From an archaeon (lineage in GTDB: Archaea; Nanobdellota; Nanobdellia; Pacearchaeales; GW2011-AR1), in the NCBI GenBank assembly GCA_043815245.1, contig JBDRJD010000028.1:1-60170 (forward strand): 60,170 bases of DNA, read 5' to 3'. The position numbers were made by a program, and so were the translations under genes. Position 1 is the stretch's first letter. Each line of letters starts with the position of its first letter. Positions 42,819-54,200 of the stretch are shown here, piece by piece. The notes beneath the pieces are model-generated. The model saw nothing but the letters and a program-made list of their open reading frames with translations, was not told the DNA's origin and ran no database searches.

Positions 42819-45017
42819 ATGGCTGAAAAAGAATCACAATTGCAGAAGATTGCAAGATTAAGTGTAAATCAAGAGCAGATAAGAAACATAGCTACTAGCG
42901 CACATATTCACCACGGGAAGACAGCTTTAACTGATAATTTACTTGCGGCTTCTGGACATATGGCTACAAAAAATGCAGGAGATTTAGATGAAGGTATGGC
43001 TACCTGGCAACATTCTGATGAGCAGGAAAGATTGCTGACAGTAGACGCAGCTAATGTTAGTATGGTTCATGATTTTGGGGGAAAGGAATTCCTAGTAAAC
43101 TTAATTGATACTCCTGGGCATGTAGATTTTTCTGGGAATGTTACTCGAGCTATGAGAGCAATTGATGGGACAATAGTTTTAGTTTGTGCATCTGAAGGGA
43201 TAATGCCCCAAACTGAGACTGTAATTAAGCAGGCCTTAAGGGAGAGAGTAAAACCTGTTCTTTTTATTAACAAAGTTGATAGGTTGATTAAAGAGCTGAA
43301 ATTAACTCCTGAAAAAATGCAGGAAAGGTTCTTGAAAATATATAAGGAATTTAATAATCTTGTAAGCAAAATTGCTGAAAAAGATTTCAAAGACAAGTGG
43401 CTGGTGGATATTAATGATGGGAGCGTTGCCTTTGGATCAGCTAGAGACAATTGGGCGTTATCGCTTCCGTATATGAAAAAAAATGGAGTTAGTTTTAAAG
43501 ATATTCTAAGCTTATATGACCTATCTGAGGAAGAAAGAAAAGAGTGGGTGTGGAAAAAGGCTCCACTGTATGAAGTACTGTTGGATATGGTAGTTAAGCA
43601 TCTTCCAAACCCAATTGAAGCACAAAAGTATAGAATTCCAAAAATATGGCACGGGGATATTGAAAGTGAATTTGGACAGGATCTAATTAATTGTAATCCT
43701 AATGGAAGATTAGCTTTTGTGATCACAAGAATAGTTATTGATCCTCGAAGTGGTAAGGAAATTTCTGCAGGGAGATTGTTTTCAGGGACTCTTAGACCTG
43801 GGCAAGAGGTTTATCTTAATCTTGCAAAAGCAAAACAGAGAATTCAGCAGGTTTTGATTTATAATGGTATTAGGCCTGATCAACTTGAAGAAATTAAATC
43901 GGGAAATGTTCTTGCAATATCCGGAGTTAATGGAGAAGCCGGTGAGACTATTACACTTGAACCTGAAGAGCCTTTCGAAGAACTAAAGCATATTTTTGAG
44001 CCGGTTATTACTAAAGCAATTGAAGTAAAAAAGCCAGCTGACCTGCCTAAGCTAGTGGAGGTTTTGAGGAAAGTAGCTAAAGAAGATCCGAGTATTAAAA
44101 TAGAGATTAATGAGGAAACGGGGGAGAATTTAATGTCCGGAATGGGGGAGTTACATTTAGAAATTATTGAGAATAGAATTAAGACTGAGAAGAATGTTGA
44201 GGTTAAGACTTCCTCACCAATAGTCGTTTTTAGAGAGACGGTTAGTAAAGATACCCCGGGAGATAAAGGTATTGAAGGAAGAAGCCCAAATAAGCATAAT
44301 CTTTTCTTTATACAAGTAGAACCTTTAGAAGATAATGTTTATGAAGCAATTAAATCTGGAGAAATTCCAGAGGGAAGAATTAAAAAGAAAAGCCAAGCTA
44401 TTTTTGATAAGCTGAGAGAACTTGGAGTGCCGAGTGAGGATATTAGAGATTATAGAGATGTTTACAAGGGTTGTGTTCTCCTAGATGAAACACGGGGAGA
44501 GGTGCATATTGGAGAAGTAATCGAGCTAGTATTGGATGCTTTTGAACAGGTAATTGATGCTGGGCCTCTTGCAAGAGAACCTTGTGCTAAAATGAAAGTT
44601 AAACTTGTGGATATTAAGCTACATGAGGATGCAATCCATAGGGGACCTGCACAGGTTTATCCCGCTGTTAGAGATGCTACTTTCGCTGCTATGAAATTAT
44701 CTGGCGCAACTTTATTTGAGCCGCAGCAGATTCATCTGATAGAGGCTCCTGTAGAGTTCATGTCAGCTGTAACAGGATTAGTAAGCAGCAAGAGGGGACA
44801 GATTCTAGATGTAACTCAGGATGAAGCAGGAGTAGCGGTTAAAGCTAAGATTCCTGTTGCAGAGATGATTGGGTGGAGTTCAGACCTAAGGTCCGCTTCA
44901 GAAGGAAGAGGAGTTTCTAGCTTAGTGGACCAGATGTTTGAAAGAATGCCTATGGAACTGCAAACCCAAGCTATAAAGCAGATAAGAGACAGAAAAGGCC
45001 TGAGTGAGAATCAATGA
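42819..45017 (+). CDS. fusA: Translation elongation factor aEF-2
   Basis: AHIHHGKT (variant G1), DTPGHVDF, NKVD, GMGELHLE, diphthamide loop LHEDAIHRGPAQ. Confidence 0.95.
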   Translation: MAEKESQLQKIARLSVNQEQIRNIATSAHIHHGKTALTDNLLAASGHMATKNAGDLDEGMATWQHSDEQERLLTVDAANVSMVHDFGGKEFLVNLIDTPGHVDFSGNVTRAMRAIDGTIVLVCASEGIMPQTETVIKQALRERVKPVLFINKVDRLIKELKLTPEKMQERFLKIYKEFNNLVSKIAEKDFKDKWLVDINDGSVAFGSARDNWALSLPYMKKNGVSFKDILSLYDLSEEERKEWVWKKAPLYEVLLDMVVKHLPNPIEAQKYRIPKIWHGDIESEFGQDLINCNPNGRLAFVITRIVIDPRSGKEISAGRLFSGTLRPGQEVYLNLAKAKQRIQQVLIYNGIRPDQLEEIKSGNVLAISGVNGEAGETITLEPEEPFEELKHIFEPVITKAIEVKKPADLPKLVEVLRKVAKEDPSIKIEINEETGENLMSGMGELHLEIIENRIKTEKNVEVKTSSPIVVFRETVSKDTPGDKGIEGRSPNKHNLFFIQVEPLEDNVYEAIKSGEIPEGRIKKKSQAIFDKLRELGVPSEDIRDYRDVYKGCVLLDETRGEVHIGEVIELVLDAFEQVIDAGPLAREPCAKMKVKLVDIKLHEDAIHRGPAQVYPAVRDATFAAMKLSGATLFEPQQIHLIEAPVEFMSAVTGLVSSKRGQILDVTQDEAGVAVKAKIPVAEMIGWSSDLRSASEGRGVSSLVDQMFERMPMELQTQAIKQIRDRKGLSENQ

Positions 45018-45134
45018 TTTTCACTGCTTAAGTATTAATTCTTAAAGATAACATTTAAAACAGGTTAGACAAAGAAAAATTAGTAGTTCTCGGAATGCAG
45101 AAAATATTAAATAGACCAATATTGAACTTTATGA

Positions 45135-45512
45135 ATGGACGAAATATTTTTTTCTGAGTTAGAGAAAACGATTTTTTTCTTAGCTCTACATTTTTTTAAA
45201 GAGCATCCTGAATCTTGTTTGGCAGAGGAAGCAATCTTAGATTTAGAAGAAGAAGTGGTATATAACTCAAGTTTTAGCCAGCTTTTTTATGATTTTGGCA
45301 ATTTAAGAATTGAAACTATGATTTGTGATGAAGATTATAGGATATTTGTTTATGAAGGGGAAGTTTATGGAGATGATATCACATTTGATAACAGAAGTAA
45401 AATTCTTTTCAGTTTAGCCCATTATGTTGATGGTAGTTCTCCGGACCAGGTTGAGTTTGTTGGAGGAGATTGGATAGGAAAACTCAAAGAAGAGTATGTG
45501 GAAAGAAGATAG
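45135..45512 (+). CDS. Hypothetical acidic protein
   Basis: 125-aa ORF; ATTAAA 23 nt upstream. Confidence 0.5.
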   Translation: MDEIFFSELEKTIFFLALHFFKEHPESCLAEEAILDLEEEVVYNSSFSQLFYDFGNLRIETMICDEDYRIFVYEGEVYGDDITFDNRSKILFSLAHYVDGSSPDQVEFVGGDWIGKLKEEYVERR

Positions 45513-45540
45513 TAAGATCCGAAACATTTATAAACCCTTG

Positions 45541-45575
45541 TTATCTATTTCTAACATAAAGTTAGATATAAATAA
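45541..45575. promoter_or_regulatory. Imperfect inverted repeat, candidate operator of the downstream XRE regulator
   Basis: Core TCTAAC-ATAAA-GTTAGA, just downstream of TTTATA 45527-32. Confidence 0.45.
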
Positions 45576-45597
45576 CTTAACACGACGGGAGGTAAAA

Positions 45598-46020
45598 ATG
45601 GCGAAGAAAAAACAAGGAATGGAAAAAGCAAGATTAATTGCAATTGTAATATTGAGCATAATTGTAATTGTGACTGGGGCCTTGGTTTCCATAATGTCTT
45701 TTAAAAATGGAGAAATTGCTGGAGGAATTTTGGGAATTATAATTGCAATTATAATCCTAATCTTTGCAATGATTGTATTTAAGAGGGGAAATAGAGACTT
45801 AAAACAGGGACTTCCTTTGAAAGATGAGAGAAGCAAAAGAGTTATGGAAAAAGCAACTTCAATGGCTTTTTTTGTATCACTTTATATGCTGCTTGCACTT
45901 GGACTTTTATCTGATGTGATAAAGTTCAGAGATGCAAGTCAGGTAACAGGTGTTGCAGTAGGAATTATGGCTTTATTATTCCTGATATTCTGGATATACT
46001 ATAACAGGAAGGAGATTTAA
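45598..46020 (+). CDS. DUF2178-like membrane protein
   Basis: TM helices flanking KDERS..V..KA. GGAGGT SD precedes ATG 45598. Confidence 0.7.
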   Translation: MAKKKQGMEKARLIAIVILSIIVIVTGALVSIMSFKNGEIAGGILGIIIAIIILIFAMIVFKRGNRDLKQGLPLKDERSKRVMEKATSMAFFVSLYMLLALGLLSDVIKFRDASQVTGVAVGIMALLFLIFWIYYNRKEI

Positions 46021-46023
46021 TTT

Positions 46024-46233
46024 ATGAAAACGCGAATAAAAGAATTTAGAGCTAGGTATAATTGGACTCAGGAAGACTTAGCAAGAAAGGTGGGGGTGAG
46101 AAGAGAAACAATTGTTTTCTTAGAGAAAGGAAAATATAATCCTTCTCTTCAGCTTGCACATGACATTGCAAAAGTCTTAAAAACTTCTATTGATGAGTTA
46201 TTTATATTCGAAAATAAGAGGAAAAAAAGATAA
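46024..46233 (+). CDS. XRE-family HTH transcriptional regulator
   Basis: IKE.R....TQE.LA..VGV.RETI..LE.GKYNPSL.LA..IA. Confidence 0.9.
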   Translation: MKTRIKEFRARYNWTQEDLARKVGVRRETIVFLEKGKYNPSLQLAHDIAKVLKTSIDELFIFENKRKKR

Positions 46234-46277
46234 AGAAATCAGAAAAATACCCAGAAGGGCACTATGTTAGCAAGTAT

Positions 46278-46535
46278 ATGGCAATATTTATGCCTTTGGG
46301 ATTAGTATTGGGGTTATTAATTGGCCCGGCCTTTTTTGGAGCCGGACTAGCAATTGGAGTTGCTATGGGAATCGCAGTTGGTGCAGGCGTTGAAGAGAAG
46401 ATGAAAAAAGAAGGTAAGATTCGTCCGTTGACAAAGAAAGAAAAGAGGGCAAAAAAGAGGGCTGTGGGTTTGGGTTTAATAATCTTAGGGATAGGAATTA
46501 TTGCAGTAATAAGTGTAGCTTTATTTTTAAATTAA
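46278..46535 (+). CDS. Small Gly-rich membrane protein
   Basis: G...G.. glycine-zipper helices. Confidence 0.55.
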   Translation: MAIFMPLGLVLGLLIGPAFFGAGLAIGVAMGIAVGAGVEEKMKKEGKIRPLTKKEKRAKKRAVGLGLIILGIGIIAVISVALFLN

Positions 46536-46639
46536 TTAAATCTCAAGCATAAACATTTCAAAAAGTAAAGCGTAAGATTTATAAACCCATTTTTTCATTA
46601 AGTTCTATTAGAAAATTCTTAATGAATTTTAACCATAAA

Positions 46640-47923
46640 ATGGCTAGAGCAAAACCAAATTTTAACATTGCGTTTGTAGGTCATGTTGACCACGGAAAAA
46701 GTACTTGTATAGGCAGACTTATGTATGATTCTGGAGTTCTGCCTGAGCAAGAATTAACTAAGCTTAGAGCAGAAGCTGAAAAGCATGGGAAAGTAGGTTT
46801 TGAATTTGCTTTTGTAATGGATAGATTTAAAGAGGAAAGAGAAAGAGGAGTTACAATTGATCTTTCTTATAAGAAACTTGTAACAAACAAGTGGGAAGTT
46901 ACAATTATTGATGCTCCAGGACACAGAGATTTTGTAAAAAATATGATTACTGGTGCTTCACAAGCAGATGCTGCTTTCTTAGTAGTTGCAGCTGCTGAAG
47001 GAGTACAGCCACAAACTAAAGAGCATCTATGGCTATTAAGAACAATGGGGGTTCAGCAAATTGCCTGTATAGTCAACAAGATGGATACTGTTAACTATGA
47101 TGAAGCTAAATTTAACAAGGTTAAAGAAGATGTTTCTACATTAATGAAATCTGTTGGTGTGAAGATAGATGAAGTTACTTTTTTAGCTGTTTCAGGACTA
47201 AAAGGAGATAATATTGCAAAGAAGTCTGACAAAATGGCCTGGTATAAGGGTCCTACAATATTAGAGCAGCTTGATCTATTTAATGAACCTAAGAAACCAA
47301 CTGACTTGCCTTTAAGAATGGCTATTCAAGATGTTTATGATATTACTGGAATTGGGACTGTACCTGTTGGAAAGATTGAAACTGGTATAATGAAAATTGG
47401 ACAAAAGGTAATAGTTCTTCCAGGAAGAAGCGGGAAAGGAATCGAAGGAGAAGTAAGAACAATTGAGATGCATCATGAACAGATGCAGGAAGCTCAAGCA
47501 GGAGATAATGTAGGGATAAATATTCGGGGAGTTGGCAAGAAGGATTTAGCTAGAGGAGATGTAATTTGCGACGCTGCAAAACCGGCTAAGATTGTTTCTG
47601 AATTTATAGCCCAGATAGCAGTTATTAACCACCCAACTGTAATTGCAAAAGGATATACCCCTGTGTTCCATGTTCATACTGCGCAAGTACCTTGTCAGTT
47701 TATTGAATTACAGAAAAAGCTTGATCCTAAGACTGGGCAGGCTAGTCAAGAAAATCCTGATTTCTTAAAGAATGGTGATGTGGCAATTGTGAAAATCAAG
47801 CCTCAGGGAAATCTTGTACTTGAGACACAGAAAGATAACCCACATATGGCTAGATTTGCAATAAGAGACGCTGGAGCTACTGTAGCTGCCGGTGTTTGTA
47901 TCAGCCTTGAAGAAAAGAAGTAA
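46640..47923 (+). CDS. tuf: Translation elongation factor aEF-1A
   Basis: GHVDHGKST, ERERGVTID, DAPGHRDF, NKMD, RFAIRD.G.TVAAG. Confidence 0.97.
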   Translation: MARAKPNFNIAFVGHVDHGKSTCIGRLMYDSGVLPEQELTKLRAEAEKHGKVGFEFAFVMDRFKEERERGVTIDLSYKKLVTNKWEVTIIDAPGHRDFVKNMITGASQADAAFLVVAAAEGVQPQTKEHLWLLRTMGVQQIACIVNKMDTVNYDEAKFNKVKEDVSTLMKSVGVKIDEVTFLAVSGLKGDNIAKKSDKMAWYKGPTILEQLDLFNEPKKPTDLPLRMAIQDVYDITGIGTVPVGKIETGIMKIGQKVIVLPGRSGKGIEGEVRTIEMHHEQMQEAQAGDNVGINIRGVGKKDLARGDVICDAAKPAKIVSEFIAQIAVINHPTVIAKGYTPVFHVHTAQVPCQFIELQKKLDPKTGQASQENPDFLKNGDVAIVKIKPQGNLVLETQKDNPHMARFAIRDAGATVAAGVCISLEEKK

Positions 47924-47954
47924 AGAGAATTTAAATTCTTAATCTATTTTTAAA

Positions 47955-48233
47955 ATGCCTGAAAAATTTTATGATAAGTGTTTAGCAGTTATTAGAATGG
48001 AAACTGTTGAAGAGTTAAGAGAAAGCGGGAGCTCCTTGTATACTGCTTTAGCTGAACAGCTGGCTAGTGCAGATGGTATTGGCGAAAGTTGCCTTAATGA
48101 TATTTGTAGTTATCACAATCATTTCTCAATGTTTGGGTTAGTTAGAAGATATGAAGAAAGGCGTGCGGTTAGTGCGCTTGCTTATTTTTTAACTGTAAAG
48201 GAAAGATTTGGCCCTAATGTTCAACACTCCTAA
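47955..48233 (+). CDS. Hypothetical protein
   Basis: 92-aa ORF with a 20-bp convergent overlap with the giant gene. Confidence 0.4.
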   Translation: MPEKFYDKCLAVIRMETVEELRESGSSLYTALAEQLASADGIGESCLNDICSYHNHFSMFGLVRRYEERRAVSALAYFLTVKERFGPNVQHS

Positions 48234-51200
48234 GGGCTTTATCAACTAACTTTTTAGGCCATTTTTTGGCAAGTAGTTCTTTTTTGATTTGATTTTTACT
48301 TTGTCCTGATTTTAATGAGCGTTCAATTAAGGGTTTTAGTTTTTCAAGATATTTTTTTTCTTCTAAAGTTTGGTTAATTACAATGCTTTTCTTCTTCCTT
48401 AGATAGATTACCACAGAAATAATTGCAACTAATGCTATAAGTGGTAGGGAGAGTAGTATTGGTATGAGTAAATGCTTTTTACAGTCTTTAAAGCAGTTGT
48501 AATAACCTTCTCCAATCCCGCAGACATTATCTCCGCAGACTAATTCTGTGCAGGCAATATCTTCACAACTATCACAGTATTTTAGTGAACCCCATTTGCC
48601 ATTATCTTCGCAGAAAAGCTTTGAAGTAAAATTGCATAGTCCTGGTTGGCATTCTAAGCCCTGAGTGGCTAACTCTTCTGGAGCAAGAGTGGTATTTGTC
48701 TGGTTTCCAGGAGGAAAGCCGCCTCCTCCGCCTCCTCCTCCCCCACCGCCACCACCATCATCATCTGCGTTAGAACAAGTCCCACAGTCTTCAACACAAA
48801 GATTACAGGCTTCTCCAAGTCCAGTTTCGCAAATTTTATTGCCGCAATATTCGATATCATTGTCATCAGGAGTATAACTAAGATTTTCTGTTATTAAGAT
48901 TAGGTCAATTGTTGAGAGGTTATCAGAGTGACTCATGAATAACTCGTGGGGACCGGTAATAAGATCAAAATTCCCAACTTTTACCCATTGATAAACTCCG
49001 TAGGTAGAAGGATAGGTTTGATTAAAGATTCCGTCAAATCCTATATAGAGCGCATCATTACTTTCATTTAGCGAAAATAATCTTACCCAGAGAGCGTATT
49101 CATTGTCAAAAGGTATTTCTAGTGAATAATTTGCTTCTGCAGTTGGATTTATAGACTGGGGTAGGGAAGGATCCACATAAACCCGCTGGCCTGATGATGC
49201 ATTAACTTCGCCCTCTCTGATGAATACAGAGGAGTTTAAAGTGAAGTCTTCAGCTTCAATTAATCGTTTAAAGTAACAGTGGCATGAAGAATCAACGCAG
49301 TCAATTGCTCCATCACAATTATCGTCAATTCCGTTTGTGCAGTTTTCAGTAGTGTAGGGGTTAATATAAAAATTTGAATCATTGCAGTCTCCGCAAGATG
49401 GTGAGTAAGTATCAACGTCTATGTCTGATTCTTCTGTATAGTTGATGCAAATAGTTGCAGTACAATTACAGCTTACAAGGTCGCAGGTAGAGGAAACATT
49501 TCCAGAGTAGTCCCTATAACGATTAGAATAACAGCCGTCTCTGGAATCGCAATCTTGTATTCCGCAGTCTAGGTCAGATTCACAAGAAGCATTACAAGTT
49601 AGGTTACAGCTGTGGATAAAAACTGGGTCTCCATTGCTACAAGTTCCAGAAGGTTCTTGGCATTGAGATATGAATAGGGGAAGAGAGTCCCAAGTAAGGG
49701 GGTTATCATCTGGGGAGCTATTGCAAGAACCAAATGCAGGCAGGTTAAAAAGGGTGCAATTAACAGGGGTTCCAGCCTGGCAGTCAAATAAATCTGAACA
49801 AGTTTCGGTTCCTGTGCAAGTTAATCCATCATCACAAAAAGCATCACTAGGAGCATTTGTGCAGTTTCCAAAAGGTTCTTCACAGACATCTATAGTGCAG
49901 GAGATAGAATCATCACAGCTTACAGAATCTCCAATGCAGCTTCCTGAGGAGCATCTATCATTTGTAGTACAGGCAAAGTTATCATTACAGGCATTTAAGT
50001 CATTATTATTATTTTGGCAGGAGAAACTAATACAGACGTCATCTGTGCAAGAGTTTGAGTCATTACAGGCAACAGACTGAGTTGCTGGAGTACAAGCGCA
50101 GGATAAAGAATTGAAATCGCAGTTTCCAAGATTATCTGTAATATTAGTGCCTTCATTGCAAGTGTCCACTGTACAGGAGATAGAATCATTACAGATTTCA
50201 GAAGTTCCATTCTGGCAGCTTCCTCCTACACAAGATTCCATACCATTACACCATAACCCGTCATAACAGTCGGCATCAACTATGCATTCTGGAGAAGTTC
50301 CAATTGTTAGGGAGCGAGTTTCAGTACAGTTTATCAATCCTGTTGAGTCTGATACGCAGGATTGATAAGTGTAAATGTTTCCTAATTGTAATCCTGATTG
50401 ATTAGAGTACAGCTCCCAGTGAGTTGCAGAATGCTTTTTTAAGTTTGACGAGTAGTGCTGAAGGACTTCTTCTGGAGAGAGAGTGCGATCCCACATTCTT
50501 ACTTCATCAATTGTTCCTGAATAATTAGCTATCCTTAAGGAAGTACCTATGTAAAAAGGAGCTGACAAGGAAGGAATGATGCAACCTCTATCAGCAGCGT
50601 GCTGTCCATCAACATAAGCTACAGTTAATGAACTATTATGGGTGATAGTTACTTGGTGCCAGATGTCATCGTCTAGAAATCTATTTGTTGGAAGATTGGA
50701 AACACCACATGAAAAATGAACTTCCCCATCTGATAGACTTTGATATAATCTAAAAGCCCCTGCTCCAGTATCTCCTCTTGAGATTATAACTCCTGCAAAA
50801 AAAGGAGATACTGTAGTTGTTTTAATCCATACAGAAAGAGTTAGTTCTGGAAAGCCTTGAGTAAAAGCATTTCCTAAGTTAATATAGTCATCTCCATCAA
50901 GGTCTACTGCAGAATTATATTTTCCGGCAGTCCATGTGGCCCCTAAAACAGTCCCGTCATTGCTGTACTGGCTTGCATCTAAAGCGTCTCCGTCCAGATT
51001 CATCATTAAAATTAAAGAATCATCATAAAAACTATACGTAGATCCCTCCCAGTTAAAGCTTATGTTTTCAAGAGGATAGGTTTCTTTATCAATTGAAACA
51101 TTGATTTCAGCACTTGGGGCTGAGATTGATTCACTGTCGGCTGGAGTCGGAGAGGTGAAGTTTATTTGTGGTGGAAGAATGATTACTTCTGTAGAGTTTA

Positions 51201-54200
51201 CTTCTAAGATTCCAGAAGTTGCAGTGATAGAAGAGTTTTCCGCTAGAACAGCTTCAAAATAATATGTTCTTGGGTCGTTTCCAAAGTCGTCGTCTGCCGG
51301 GGTTTTGTGAAGAGCTAACCAGGAAGTTCTATCATAGGTATCTTGAATTGAAAGCACTTCATCATCAAATAAAGGATCCTGCTCCCAGATAGTGAAGTTA
51401 ATTTGTTTTCCAGAACAATCTGTCCCGTTTACTATTAAGTCTACTGTTGTTGAGTTTAATACGCTTGTAGCAGACCAGCTTGCACTAGTTAGGTTGCATT
51501 GAGGGGGGATTACTGCTAAGGAGATAGTTAGTGTTCTTTGTTCTGTACAGCTTAGATTCGCTTGATTATCTAAGGCGCATGCTTGGTAATTATAATTTCC
51601 AATAGAAAGATTAGATTGGTTAGAATAAAGCTCCCAGTGGGTTGAATTGAATTTTTTCAAGTTGCTTTGATAGTGCTGTTGGATTTCATCTGCTGATAGT
51701 GAGCGATTATAGATGCGGACTTCGTCTATTGAACCGTTCCAGGCCCATCCATTATCATTGTTTCCTAGAACTAATCCTCCTTCACTGGGATTGTAAATCC
51801 CTCTCATAGGTTGTGTGTTATTTAAGACACCATTTATGTAAATTGATAAGCTTGTAACATTATACACTGCGGTTATATATGCAAATTGATTGCCAGGCAG
51901 ATAGGCCCATCCAGTAGAAGTCTGCCCGGTACTATTTCCAAGGACAAACCTACAACCTAAGTTGTAAACGCAATCAAGGTAATAACCTTCTTGAACCGCC
52001 TCAAAGCCGTCAACTAAATATGTCAGGGTGTATGCGGCGTCTGCATTACCCCCTTTTAAATTAACCCAAGACTCAATTGTCAAACCATTCACTCCTTTTA
52101 ATTCTGGGGAGTTAGCTGAACTACTGAGGTTAACTAACCCAGAAGCATTAAATTCTAAGGCTGAACCATACTTTCCTGAAGTCCAACTTGCGCCTGAAAC
52201 ACTTCCATCATTGCCATACTTGCTTGCGTCTAAAGCATTATTATCTAAATTAAGCATTAAAACTAAACTGTCGTCATAAAAAGGGTAACTAACTAAAGAG
52301 TTAATTCCTCCGAAAACTTCAATTTCTTCTATACAATAGTAAGCAGCACCATTAGTTGCAGTAACGTTTACTCTAAACCAAGAATAATAAGCTGGATTTG
52401 AGCTTATACTAAAAGATTTATTTTCGCCCCGAATCCAGGTTATACCAGATCTGCTATCAATTTCATCCCAATTGACGTTATCATTGCTTCCGTAAATTTT
52501 CCAGCTTATTGGAGCATAGGTTGTATCAAATAAGCTTAAGATAGAGATATTGTAAGCAGTGATTAGTCTTTGTTCTCCAAAATCCCATTGCAGCCAGCCA
52601 GTAGTTGTTCCAATTTGAGAACAATACGGACCTCCAGCAGCGCTATTCCAGATATTATTAAATGCGTTATCTGCGTTGAAGTCTCCGCTAAATTCTGTTT
52701 GAGCGGTTGCGCGAGTGGGGGCGAGAGCTGCAGAAGTTAGATCGCTTCCGCTTAATGGCCAATCACTCCAAGAAAAACTTATGTTTTCAATTGGATTGCT
52801 GCCTTGATTAATTGAAACATTGATTTCAACTGAAGGTTTAGTAACATTAAAATGATCAGCGGGTGTAGGATAAGTAAAATTTATTGATGGTGTGAGAGTC
52901 AAACAAGAGGGACTGGTGGTACAGTTTGGATCGTTGCAGTCAACAGAGAAATCACAGTCATTATCAATACCGTCATTGCAAATCTCTATAGCTCCAGGGT
53001 GGACTAAAAAGGCCGAATCATTACAATCAGCTACTAAACCGCAGCTGCCAGCAGTTACATTATAACCATCTCCATCAGTATCTGTGCAAATTACTCCTAA
53101 AGGAGTATAAGTTATAATTAATTTAGGGGGGATTCCTCCGACTGTATCTTTAGCAACAATATTTCTACTATCTGCTTGTGAAAATACGCTGTCTCCTGCT
53201 TCAAACTTAATTCCCAGGTAATTTCCGGGGGAATATCCAGGCATGTCTACGAATGTCTGGACTAAAGAGGAAATATCTGAAGTATTTACTGAGTAATTCA
53301 CTGGCCAGGCTACAGCCGGGATAAACCAGCCCACAGAGCCAGTAGTGGGTATTGCTTGTAAATCAGTATCAACAGGATAGTTAGCAAGAGAGAAATCATT
53401 GGATTGATTAGCGGTATTTAGGAGCTGTATTTGCTCTGTCCATGATCCTGCTTGGCCCATAACACTTTGTCCAAATGCAGAGATATAAGCACTATTTATT
53501 GTAGTTGCAGGGAGGATATCAACACTCCATCTAAAATAACCATTATCCCTAATATTGCTTATGACTAAGCCTCTTCCAAAGTTCAGCCACGCTGAACTGG
53601 GGATATTACTTGGAGTGGATCCCCATACTCTTCCGTGAGTGTCATCGTTTGATGCGGCAATCTCGTAGGTGGCAGTACAGGTTCCGTCGCCATTATCTGT
53701 ATGGCCTGGGGGGCAGAGTGGCTCCGGTATGATTAAACTCCTAGTTTCAGTGCAGTTTGTCAATCCTGTTGAGTCTGACGCGCATGCTTGATAATTATAA
53801 TTTCCAATAGAAAGATTAGATTGATTGCTATAAAGTTCCCAGTGAGTTGAATTAAATTTCTTTAAGTTTGATTGATAGTGCTGCCGGATTTCGTCTATCT
53901 GCATACTTCTATTATATATTCTTACATCGTCCATGAATCCATTAAAACCTTGAACTGAATTGCCTAATCTTGTAGAATCTATGTACAATCCAATAGTACT
54001 TGTTGTGGTCAAATCTTTTTTCTCACCATTAAGATATAAAGTAAAATTACCTTCATTTGTTGAATTTTCTCCTAAATATGTAACAGCTACATGATACCAA
54101 GTATCTGTCTGCAAACCAATATCTCCTGTATCTAATGTAGCCCATTTGTTTTCAGCAGTTCTTCCACCAAAGTAAATATCTTCATAATTTGCATCTGTGG

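Noticed and set aside
48715-48760. Poly-Gly C/G-rich tracts as phase-variation switches
   Set aside because: The runs are interrupted mixed Gly codons rather than long homopolymers, and the frame is intact.
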